DNA of 64,000 nt from Candidatus Babeliales bacterium (GTDB lineage: Bacteria > Babelota > Babeliae > Babelales > JANWKD01), in NCBI GenBank assembly GCA_963722075.1, contig CAVRJM010000001.1, positions 672,001 through 736,000 on the forward strand. Direction: 5' to 3'. Made by a program: the position numbers and the translations under genes. Position 1 is the first letter of the stretch. Each line of letters begins with the position of its first letter. Shown here piece after piece: positions 20,572 to 29,633 of the stretch. Under the pieces are notes generated by a model, which made no database searches, had not been told where the DNA came from, and saw only the letters and a program-made list of their open reading frames with translations.

Positions 20572-21159
20572 TTATGACTTCTGAGATACTTGCGCAATCT
20601 TCCTACCCAAAATAACGTAAAAGCACACAGCAACAATAACATAGGTTATTAATTCAATTATATGAACGCGCAATAACCCTGCTCTCATGACGGCGTTTGA
20701 TATAGCCATAGTCGCTCCTGGTTTGTTCATAATTATACTATTAATTAAATTAGAATCGGTTGCAGCTGCATAAGCAGTTTTATTAAGAAACAGTATGAGA
20801 AACAATCCAAAAATAATCCACAGTAACAAACCAATTGAAAAGAACACGAGTATTCGTACGCCTACGGGGAATCCCAAACAGATAAACCGTTCAATAAAGT
20901 TTTTATTATCACCTTGTTTATTAATAATAAAGCAATGATATATTCCCCAAACGGTAACCCCAACAATAATGCCAAAAAAGAGTGATTGAATTAATACTTC
21001 AGTATTAGTTACTGGCATAAATTGTATAAACCCAGGACCATTCATAAGCGAAAAAAGCTGCAATAAGGTGGTTGCTAATAAATATTTCATTTTTTCATAT
21101 TCACTAATGGTTCCCGCTTTTAATTCTTGTACTAAGCCATCAATATTCCAAAAATACAT
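20572..21159 (-). CDS. hypothetical membrane protein
   Basis: about 4 TM segments; GGAGG before ATG 21159; NKQGDNKNFIERFICLG. Confidence 0.75.
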   Translation of the reverse strand: MYFWNIDGLVQELKAGTISEYEKMKYLLATTLLQLFSLMNGPGFIQFMPVTNTEVLIQSLFFGIIVGVTVWGIYHCFIINKQGDNKNFIERFICLGFPVGVRILVFFSIGLLLWIIFGLFLILFLNKTAYAAATDSNLINSIIMNKPGATMAISNAVMRAGLLRVHIIELITYVIVAVCFYVILGRKIAQVSQKS

Positions 21160-21174
21160 ACTAAGCCTCCACAA

Positions 21175-21372
21175 TTATTTAGGATAGTTCTTACATTCAG
21201 CACATGCTTGGTCATTATACATATAACAACCATTGCAATACTTACAGCATTCAGAAGAGACCGCATGGCCTGATTGACAACATTCAGCACAATCAATAGT
21301 TTCATAAGGACATTCAGCAATAAGTGCGCCAGTAGAAACTGCTAAAAGAAAGAAATAAGATATCATTTTCAT
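21175..21372 (-). CDS. small secreted cysteine-rich peptide
   Basis: GAGAGG RBS, signal peptide, 10 Cys in about 46 mature residues. Confidence 0.7.
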   Translation of the reverse strand: MKMISYFFLLAVSTGALIAECPYETIDCAECCQSGHAVSSECCKYCNGCYMYNDQACAECKNYPK

Positions 21373-21591
21373 AATTCACCTCTCATTTTAAATAATATTA
21401 TTTATATCAAATAATATATTTTTACCCAGCTGCTTCCCTGTTAAAAAACAATTTCCCTTATTATAGTTTACTAAATTTGATTTTCAGATTGCAACAAAAT
21501 ATATAATAATTAACTCATTTATCCCAAGGCATTCTTGATAAATAAGATAACTTGCAATTTAGATTAATAAAGGATTTTTATAGCTCACTAC

Positions 21592-22713
21592 TCATTTATT
21601 TAAATTAATGCCATTTTTTTTAGCCCACTTACTAATCTCATTACTAATATCGTTATAGTTATTTTTTCGTGCATTATCATATGCTTTTTGTAATACAGTA
21701 CCATCTGTAGTACCCGGATCAGCATAATCAAGGATTAATGTTACCAACCTCCTATTATTATTTTTAACGGCTAAACTTAAAGCAGAATCTCCCTCAGCAT
21801 TTTCTTCGGTACTATCTGCTCCATACTCTAATAATAGTTCAGCTATCTTATATTTATTTTCATCAAAATAATAAACTACTTGTGCCGCAATAATCATTAA
21901 TTTAGTAAATTCATTGTTGTCTTCTTGATTGGGATCAGCACCATAATGTAATAATAATTTTACTATCTGAGGATTCTCAGTAAAAAATAAATATGAATTA
22001 CCAATTGAAGTACGTGCGGTAACATCAGCTCCATAATCAATCAATAATTTAATAATTTGATAGCCTCTATTGAGATTTATCGATAATGCGCGTAGTAAAT
22101 CTGATTCATCTATTCGTGCGCCATGTTCTAATACCATTTGAATGAACGGAATATTTGCTTTTTCTATTGCATAATTTAATAGTGATTGTTCGCTTGAAAA
22201 TGGTATATTTCTAATTTTTATCCTAGGCAATTTTAGTTTAACTAAATCTAGTCGATCATTAATTACTGCTCTTAGTAAATCGTTATAGTTCTGATATTCT
22301 AATTGAATATAGAATAATATATTTATAAATTCTTTCGGTGCATTTTTTTCAAACAGTAATGCACTAAGTGTACCCAATTCTTTTAAGGTAACTTCTTTAC
22401 CACGCATTATTCTCTTAAAAACAGATTTTGCTATTTTACCTTGGACATATTCCCATTTTAATAATAAATCAAAAGACCGTGAGGACTTGCTGGTAGCTCG
22501 TAAAAGCGTAAGCTCCTTAATAAACGTTTTAATTTGATCGATTGTTTCAATTTTTTTTGGCATTAATCCTTTTATAATCTGTAATAATATAATTTCATGC
22601 ATTGCACTTAATTCGGGTGATTCTTTTTGACCAACTTCAGCTATCGGTGCCTCCATACTATTTAAACAAGAGATTCCGAGAATAATACCCAATAAATAGC
22701 ATTTTTTATCCAT
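21592..22713 (-). CDS. secreted ankyrin-repeat protein
   Basis: signal peptide ending LNS-ME; LLIDYGADV, LLLHYGADPN, GDSALSLAV. Confidence 0.9.
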   Translation of the reverse strand: MDKKCYLLGIILGISCLNSMEAPIAEVGQKESPELSAMHEIILLQIIKGLMPKKIETIDQIKTFIKELTLLRATSKSSRSFDLLLKWEYVQGKIAKSVFKRIMRGKEVTLKELGTLSALLFEKNAPKEFINILFYIQLEYQNYNDLLRAVINDRLDLVKLKLPRIKIRNIPFSSEQSLLNYAIEKANIPFIQMVLEHGARIDESDLLRALSINLNRGYQIIKLLIDYGADVTARTSIGNSYLFFTENPQIVKLLLHYGADPNQEDNNEFTKLMIIAAQVVYYFDENKYKIAELLLEYGADSTEENAEGDSALSLAVKNNNRRLVTLILDYADPGTTDGTVLQKAYDNARKNNYNDISNEISKWAKKNGINLNK

Positions 22714-22820
22714 AAAAATCCCTTTTTTAAAACAATCTTTCCTAATTATATATCTTATAACAATTAATTTTCAAAATGCAATATTTTTATTATAATAAAA
22801 ATATGTTATTTTCAGCATTA

Positions 22821-22850
22821 TTGACAAATATGATAATAGAAAGTTATACT
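22821..22850 (+). promoter_or_regulatory. putative sigma70 promoter
   Basis: TTGACA-18 nt-TATACT upstream of AGGAG RBS and ATG 22896. Confidence 0.55.
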
Positions 22851-22895
22851 AAATTATGAATTTAAGCCGTTAAATTCAAACTACAGGAGTATATT

Positions 22896-23414
22896 ATGAA
22901 ACGTTTAGTACCTATATTATTTATTTTTATCTCGTTATTTCCTCTATCTTCTATAGATGCTCGAGGTTTTGGCAGCAGTTTTGGGGGTAGTTTTTTAGGC
23001 GGTTTTAGCGGAAGCCTTATTGGTAATGCTATGAGCCAACCACGTCAACAACCCCGTGAATGTTATCAACAGCCCGTTTATTATCAACAACCAGTGCAAA
23101 CTCGCGTTATTGAACGTCCCATATATATAGAAAGCCCATCAAGAAAACGCAAACGAGGATATGAGGAAGAAGATTCTTATATTGCAAAAAAACGTCGTAC
23201 TCAATCTCAAGAAGAAGATCTTATACGCGAACAACGATTGCTAGAAATTCAAGAACGCAATAAAGCTATCGCACCAAAAATTGAACTAGAGAAACAAATA
23301 CAAGAATTGGAAATTCAAAAAAAAGAATTAGAGTTACAACGTGCACAAGCAGAACTTGAAAAAACTAAAGCCGAAAATGAACGCTTACGAATTGAACTAA
23401 AACAAAAGTCATAA
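22896..23414 (+). CDS. secreted protein with Gly-rich segment, basic cluster and coiled coil
   Basis: signal peptide, FGGSFLGGFSG, RKRKR...KKRR, E/K/Q heptads. Confidence 0.75.
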   Translation: MKRLVPILFIFISLFPLSSIDARGFGSSFGGSFLGGFSGSLIGNAMSQPRQQPRECYQQPVYYQQPVQTRVIERPIYIESPSRKRKRGYEEEDSYIAKKRRTQSQEEDLIREQRLLEIQERNKAIAPKIELEKQIQELEIQKKELELQRAQAELEKTKAENERLRIELKQKS

Positions 23415-23524
23415 GATTTAAATCTTTTTGACAATCCCCCTTTTTGTGCAGTAATGTAATCAGGAGCAAATGCAGAAAATAATAAGTAGCTGAGCCAAAA
23501 AGTTAAAATGATATTACTTTTAGC

Positions 23525-23834
23525 CTGGATCAGCCTTCGCTCTTGGTAGAGCTACGGCGGACGCGGTCCCCACGCCATGTCCGACATAGCCCTCGGGCGA
23601 CGGCGAATGCGCTCGGGACGACAATATTTCAAATTAAGTCAACGTCGTTGCGAGCTTGTCGAAGCAATCCAGTATTTAAACTTTTGAATTCAATACTTTA
23701 AATGCATTTACCCGGTAATTAACAAAAAATTATTGCAAACAACAAATGTCATTCCGAACGAAGTGTGGAAATCCATTAATATGAATTCTCATTTTATTGC
23801 TGGATCCTCACGTCGCTTTGCTCCTCAGGATGAC
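23525..23834. repeat. cluster of four REP units (23525-23622 doubly interrupted, 23644-23672, 23748-23776, 23800-23834)
   Basis: alternating CTGGAT...GAC / GTC...ATCCA units; inserts at 23530-23566 and 23576-23607. Confidence 0.85.
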
Positions 23835-23855
23835 AAGGTCAAGAGGGAGATTTTT

Positions 23856-25334
23856 TTGAGCATTTATTTTCTTATCGTTCTATTATTTTTATCCCCCTTT
23901 ACTATCTATTCCCGTACTTATCATGATCAGCGCTGGGATTGGAGCACCATTGATCTTTCCCCAATTATTTTCCCTCGCAATTTTATTATCGGAACCGCTG
24001 CTTCTGCAATGCAAACTGAAGGAATCGTGACGGTGAATAACCAAAACACCATTAATAGCTGGACGGTTTGGGAATCACAACATATCTTTAAAGACGGTAT
24101 TTTACAACCTCGTTTTGAAGCAAAACGCCGCGTCGGTGCCGCTTGTGATCATTGGAATTTATATGGAGTTGATTTTCAACTTGCTGCTGAAATTGGGATA
24201 AAAGCACACCGATTCTCTCTTGAATGGAGTAAAATAGAGCCACAAAAAGGAGTTTTTGATGAGCAAGCAATGCAGCATTACATTGATTACACCTGGGAAT
24301 TAATAAAAAATAAGATTATTCCTATCCCAACTCTTTTCCATCATACCTGGCCATTATGGTTTGATTATCCTGATCAGGATAATCATGAAAAAAATCCTCG
24401 CAAACCAGGCTTTCAAGACTCACGTAATATTGCTGATTATGTGGAATATGCGATCTATGTTTTTACTGCGTATCAAAAAGCAGGCTTACTTAATTATGTA
24501 AAATTATGGCTTACCTTTAATGAACCCGTAGCGCACACTCTTGCCGCGTATATTTATTCAAAATATCCTCCGGGCAAAAAGTATCGCTTCAGATTATGCG
24601 GTATTGTAACCAAAAATATGCTTGATGCACATATTGCAGTATATGAAGCATTTAAAAGCATCGATCCAACAGTTAAAATAAGTTTTGCTCATATGATGCA
24701 ACCAATTCAACCATACCATACGTGGAATCCGTTAGATCAACTCCCCGCTATCATTTTTGATTACTTACTAAATGATGTTGCACTTCTATATTTTAAAACG
24801 GGCTATTTCAATTGGATGTGGCTTGTGCGCGGATTTAATGAAAATGCCCGTAATAAACTTGATTTTATTGGCGTTAATTATTATACCCATACCCTATTAA
24901 AAATGTTTAATGAAGCTACGCGACCTGATGAACAATTATCAGATCCCTATGATGATAAACAAGGAAAAGCGATATATGCAGAGGGCCTTTATTATTCTCT
25001 GCAAAAAGCAGCACAATTAAACGTACCAATTATCATTACTGAAAATGGTTTTGCCACTGACGATAAAGATCTGCGTGAAGAATATATCCGAAAACATCTC
25101 TATGTAATCTTGAAAGCAATGGAAGAAGGTATTGATATTCGCGGCTATTTATTTTGGACACTTACCGATTGCTTTGGCTGGAATAGCGCTCTTCATAGTA
25201 AACACGGTATTTTTAAAGTTAACTTTGAAACGCAAGAACGCATTTTAAAAGAAAGTGCACAATGCCTCATTGATATTATAAGAGAAAGCGTTCAATCACC
25301 AATTGCAATTGAGCCCTTAACACCGTTATTTTAA
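23856..25334 (+). CDS. secreted glycoside hydrolase family 1 (copy 1)
   Basis: QTEG, HRFSLEWSKIEP, TFNEP, ITENG; likely TTG start at 23856 after GAGGGAG, since the longer ORF runs through REPs. Confidence 0.9.
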   Translation: MSIYFLIVLLFLSPFTIYSRTYHDQRWDWSTIDLSPIIFPRNFIIGTAASAMQTEGIVTVNNQNTINSWTVWESQHIFKDGILQPRFEAKRRVGAACDHWNLYGVDFQLAAEIGIKAHRFSLEWSKIEPQKGVFDEQAMQHYIDYTWELIKNKIIPIPTLFHHTWPLWFDYPDQDNHEKNPRKPGFQDSRNIADYVEYAIYVFTAYQKAGLLNYVKLWLTFNEPVAHTLAAYIYSKYPPGKKYRFRLCGIVTKNMLDAHIAVYEAFKSIDPTVKISFAHMMQPIQPYHTWNPLDQLPAIIFDYLLNDVALLYFKTGYFNWMWLVRGFNENARNKLDFIGVNYYTHTLLKMFNEATRPDEQLSDPYDDKQGKAIYAEGLYYSLQKAAQLNVPIIITENGFATDDKDLREEYIRKHLYVILKAMEEGIDIRGYLFWTLTDCFGWNSALHSKHGIFKVNFETQERILKESAQCLIDIIRESVQSPIAIEPLTPLF

Positions 25335-25410
25335 GCGCTCTAATTGTATAAACCGCTATTATATGGTACTATAAATATGATTTTCTTATTTAAATCACAT
25401 GGAGGTTTTC

Positions 25411-26943
25411 TTGAAAAATAAATTCTATTTGCCAATATTGGCTGGATTCCTTTCAACTTCTCTTTTTTCTATAGGCGTTAATGATTTTATTCCGCGCCTG
25501 GATTTCTTATATGAAGAACGCTTTGATTGGGATTCTATTGATACCAAAGCAGTGCTCTTTCCTGAAAATTTTATATGGGGAACTGGTGATTCAGCCTTTC
25601 AAACAGAAGGTATTGTAACGGCCAATGGAAAAACTATACAAAATAGCTGGACTGCCTGGGAAGAACAAATGATAGTTAAGAACGGAATCACCCAACCGCG
25701 CACCCCCGAAGGAAAAAGAGCAGGAAAAGCCTGTAACCGCTGGCATCTTTTTAAAGAAGATATCAATCTTGAAAAAGAGCTGGGGTTAAATGCACACCGC
25801 TTTTCAATTGAATGGAGTAAAATTGAGCCTCAAAAAGGTGTTTTTGATGAAGCTGCCATGCAACATTACATCGATTATGCCCGTGAAATGATTAATAACG
25901 GCATTCAACCAATACCAACCCTGTGGCATCACACCTGGCCCCTTTGGCTTCCTGATGGATTTGAAACTGAAGAGGCAAAAGAAGAATTTGTTATTTATGC
26001 CCTTTATGTAATCAATGCATTCAAAGAAGCTGGATTACTTGATACGGTTAAAATATGGCTTACGCTTAATGAACCAATTGGTTACGTTATGGCAGCTTAC
26101 ATTCAAGGCAAATATCCGCCCGGTAAAAAATATTACTTTGATTTATGTGGTAAAGTAGCAAAAAATTTACTTGATACACATATTGCCGTCTATGATGCAT
26201 TTAAAAAAATTGATCCATCGTTACAAATAAGTTTTGCACATATGATGAATCCTATGCAGCCTTACCATCCATGGAATCCACTTGATTATTTTCCTGCAAA
26301 AATTTTTGATTTTATTACCAATGATGTTGCACTCGAATATTTTAAAACAGGGATCTTTCATTGGTTAAATCTTTCTAATTTACCCGATTTAACGCCATAC
26401 AATTTCCTCAAAAAAATTATTAACTTAGATATTTCGTTAAGTGTATTTACCAAACAATATAACCCGCAAGCGATTGGCAAAATCGATTTTGTAGGCGTAA
26501 ATTACTATACGCATACCTTACTCAAAATGTTTGCACCCTCTGCTCGCCCTGATGAAAAATTAGCAGATAATTATCCAGTCCCTATGATTAAAGCAATGTA
26601 CCCTGAAGGCTTTTACGAATGCCTTAAAAAAGCATCGCAACTTAACCTTCCTATTTTGATTACTGAAAACGGGTTCTCTGCAACTGACTCTTTACGCGAA
26701 GAATATTTACAAAAGCATATATACATAATATATAAAGCACTACAAGAAGGTATGGATATCCGCGGATATCTTTTCTGGACGCTTACTGATTGTTTTGGCT
26801 GGAATAGCGGGCAACATAGCAGGCATGGTATATTTGCTGTAGATTTTAAAACACAAAAAAGAACATTCCGCCGCGGCGTTCAATATTTAATTGATGTAGT
26901 GAAATATAAATCGTACGCACCGCCGATTGCGCCATTAGCATGA
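25411..26943 (+). CDS. secreted glycoside hydrolase family 1 (copy 2)
   Basis: TLNEP, ITENG; GGAGG then TTG at 25411 (ATG 25399 alternative); signal peptide. Confidence 0.9.
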   Translation: MKNKFYLPILAGFLSTSLFSIGVNDFIPRLDFLYEERFDWDSIDTKAVLFPENFIWGTGDSAFQTEGIVTANGKTIQNSWTAWEEQMIVKNGITQPRTPEGKRAGKACNRWHLFKEDINLEKELGLNAHRFSIEWSKIEPQKGVFDEAAMQHYIDYAREMINNGIQPIPTLWHHTWPLWLPDGFETEEAKEEFVIYALYVINAFKEAGLLDTVKIWLTLNEPIGYVMAAYIQGKYPPGKKYYFDLCGKVAKNLLDTHIAVYDAFKKIDPSLQISFAHMMNPMQPYHPWNPLDYFPAKIFDFITNDVALEYFKTGIFHWLNLSNLPDLTPYNFLKKIINLDISLSVFTKQYNPQAIGKIDFVGVNYYTHTLLKMFAPSARPDEKLADNYPVPMIKAMYPEGFYECLKKASQLNLPILITENGFSATDSLREEYLQKHIYIIYKALQEGMDIRGYLFWTLTDCFGWNSGQHSRHGIFAVDFKTQKRTFRRGVQYLIDVVKYKSYAPPIAPLA

Positions 26944-28538
26944 TGACTATTAATAAAACCTGGATCCTTACGCATTCGCTCAGGATGACATTTTGTCATT
27001 ATGAGGAGCATATGCGACGTAATAATCCAGTTATAAAAAGATATATTCCATATTTTTTATTTTTATTGGCATTTACTAGTACTTGCCAATCAAAAGTAAC
27101 TGATTATATTCCAGAAACAATCAAAGCCCATCCTTATACCACCGCATTGTTCAGCACCGCAGCATTAGGAACAACTTATTGTGCATATAAACATTTTTAT
27201 GGTTATGAGCCACGCTGGGATTGGGCGACTATTGATAAAAATACCCAGGTAATGGCATTTCCAGCAGGTTTTTTATGGGGAACCGCCTCATCAGCATTGC
27301 AAACTGAAGGAATAATAACAGCAGATGGTAAGACAATTAGTAATAGCTGGACTGCTTGGGAAGATCAAAAAAATATTCCTAACCAAAATAGAATGAATAA
27401 TGCCTGTAATCATTGGAATCATTATAAAACAGATATTACATTAGCAGCAGATTTATCGATGAATTGTTATCGATTCTCTATTGAATGGAGCAAAATCGAA
27501 CCCGAGCGTGGTGTTTTTGATAGAGCGGCAATGGATCACTACATCGATTATGTTAAAGAATTAATCGCACAAGGATTAGCACCCATGCCGACTCTTTTCC
27601 ATCATGCATGGCCACGGTGGTTAAAAAACGGTTTTGAAACTACAGAAAGTATTGAAGCCTTTACTGAATTTGCTCTTTATGTATTTAATGCATTTAAAGA
27701 AGCAAATTTACTAGAACATATTCCTTATTGGCTCACCTTTAATGAACCTGCCGGATACGCTTTAGCAGCATATATGTCGGGTATGTACCCTCCGGGCAAA
27801 AAATATTGCATTAAACTTGCTGGTACGGTATTAAAAAATATGCTTGATGCACATGTTGCTGTATACAATGCCTTTAAAGCCATTTATCCAAATACTCAAA
27901 TTAGCTTAGCACACATGATGCACCCTATTAAACCATATGACCCGGTAAATCCGGCTGATTTATTATTGGCTGGCTTAATGGATTATCTGCTTAATAATGT
28001 TACCCTTACTTATTTACATACGGGAAAATTTAATTGGGCATATCTTATTAATGAATATAATCCTCAAGCAAAAGGCACCTTAGATTTTATAGGGATCAAT
28101 TACTATTCGCTCACTTTATTACATAACTTTCATGAAGCAAAACGGCCTTATGAATTATGCGCTGATGGCGATGAAGGAGCGCACGGCAAAGTTATTTACG
28201 CTGAAGGCTTTTATACATCATTAAAGCGTACACAAACATTATTACCAAATATTCCTATTATCGTAACGGAAAATGGATGCGCTACAAATAATACCCAAAT
28301 CAGAGACCTGTATCTAAAACGGCACTTATATGCAATGCATAAAGCGATGCAAGAGGGCGTTGATATTCGCGGATATTTAGTATGGACGCTTACTGATTGT
28401 TATGGATGGAATAGTGGGAACAATAGTAAATATGGTATGTATTACATCGATCGCACTACCAATAACAGAATACTAAAAGAAGGTTTTGAATATTTTCTTA
28501 ATGTAGTATATAAAAATCGTTATTTTGCGCTCGAGTAA
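26940..28538 (+). CDS. secreted glycoside hydrolase family 1 (copy 3) with REP doublet in its 5' end
   Basis: TFNEP, VTENG; ATGA overlap with copy 2; alternative ATG at 27012. Confidence 0.9.
   Translation: MMTINKTWILTHSLRMTFCHYEEHMRRNNPVIKRYIPYFLFLLAFTSTCQSKVTDYIPETIKAHPYTTALFSTAALGTTYCAYKHFYGYEPRWDWATIDKNTQVMAFPAGFLWGTASSALQTEGIITADGKTISNSWTAWEDQKNIPNQNRMNNACNHWNHYKTDITLAADLSMNCYRFSIEWSKIEPERGVFDRAAMDHYIDYVKELIAQGLAPMPTLFHHAWPRWLKNGFETTESIEAFTEFALYVFNAFKEANLLEHIPYWLTFNEPAGYALAAYMSGMYPPGKKYCIKLAGTVLKNMLDAHVAVYNAFKAIYPNTQISLAHMMHPIKPYDPVNPADLLLAGLMDYLLNNVTLTYLHTGKFNWAYLINEYNPQAKGTLDFIGINYYSLTLLHNFHEAKRPYELCADGDEGAHGKVIYAEGFYTSLKRTQTLLPNIPIIVTENGCATNNTQIRDLYLKRHLYAMHKAMQEGVDIRGYLVWTLTDCYGWNSGNNSKYGMYYIDRTTNNRILKEGFEYFLNVVYKNRYFALE
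26960..27030. repeat. inverted REP doublet (26960-26989, 26995-27030) within the GH1 open frame
   Basis: CTGGATCCTTACG...CAGGATGAC and GTCATTATGAG...ATAATCCAG. Confidence 0.85.
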
Positions 28539-29621
28539 TTATTGCTTTAACTCACATTCAATAATTGATACCAATGATTCAGTTTTATATACATTCGTTA
28601 TCGTGAGACCAGCTTTATGAATAATATTCTTATACGCCTCATAAGTGCGTTCGCCACCACCAAAAATAGCAAGTAATAACAGGTCAACCTGTGCTAGCAA
28701 CTTTGATTTATCGCTCACTTCATTAGTAATAAGTGCCTCAATAATTAGCAATTTATTTGAAGAAGACATAGTAGCAGCAATATTACGTAATATCCCTAAT
28801 GCTTTTTCATCATCCCAATCATGAAGAATTCGTTTAAGAATAAATAAATCGGCATTAATTGAAATAGGCTTAAATAGATCCAATGCATGAAGTGAAAAAC
28901 GATCTGAAAATGAGTCCGATAAACAATGCTTTTCAATTACTTCAGGAAGATCTGCCAAAATGACCTGTGCCGTATTATGCTCTTTTAAAATTTTATTTAG
29001 CATTCCTCCGCTACCACCACCCAAGTCCGCAATTATAGGAAAATTACCAAATGTGTATTTGCTCACAATATCTTTTTCTTCAAAATCTGAAATTACTTTC
29101 ATTGCGTTATTGAAACGCTCATTCAATACTGGATGTAAAGCAGTATAAGAAAAATAAGACATATCATATATTTCATCAAATGCTGGTTTTCCTGTTGTAA
29201 TCGACAATTTAAGATTTCCTAAAGCATTCCAACGCGTTTCATCTTCGTGAAGCAATAATGGTTGTACCGTTTCAGGATGATCAGAACGCATATATGCTGA
29301 TCGTTCAGAATTATGGTACTGATTATTATCATCACAATAAAAAATATTATAGAGTTGTAGAAGATGCATTAATCGACTTAATGCATCTTCGTTTGTTTGA
29401 GTTTTTATGGCTAATTCATGAATTGTGCATGGGCTATCTGCTAAAATATCAGCAATTGCTAAATCAGCAGCTACATACAGTACCCGCTGTACAATAAATG
29501 CAGTTGAAATATCTTGAAAAAAGTGATGATGATTCTCATTTGATGCTGATATAGTTAACCATGATTGTGTGCTAAATATGCAAAAAAATAATATGTTCTT
29601 TATATTCATTGATATATTCAT
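28539..29621 (-). CDS. SAM-dependent O-methyltransferase (Methyltransf_2, with dimerisation domain)
   Basis: ADLGGGSG, LKRILHDWDD, GGERT motifs. Confidence 0.9.
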   Translation of the reverse strand: MNISMNIKNILFFCIFSTQSWLTISASNENHHHFFQDISTAFIVQRVLYVAADLAIADILADSPCTIHELAIKTQTNEDALSRLMHLLQLYNIFYCDDNNQYHNSERSAYMRSDHPETVQPLLLHEDETRWNALGNLKLSITTGKPAFDEIYDMSYFSYTALHPVLNERFNNAMKVISDFEEKDIVSKYTFGNFPIIADLGGGSGGMLNKILKEHNTAQVILADLPEVIEKHCLSDSFSDRFSLHALDLFKPISINADLFILKRILHDWDDEKALGILRNIAATMSSSNKLLIIEALITNEVSDKSKLLAQVDLLLLAIFGGGERTYEAYKNIIHKAGLTITNVYKTESLVSIIECELKQ

Positions 29622-29633
29622 TTTCGTTATTAA

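Noticed and set aside
23525..23834. Repeat cluster as a CRISPR array
   Set aside because: Units are inverted, variable in sequence and irregularly spaced, and there are no cas genes in the window.
23733..23855. Extended N-terminus of GH1 copy 1 in the ORF track
   Set aside because: It runs through two REP units; a better RBS+TTG and the signal peptide begin at 23856.
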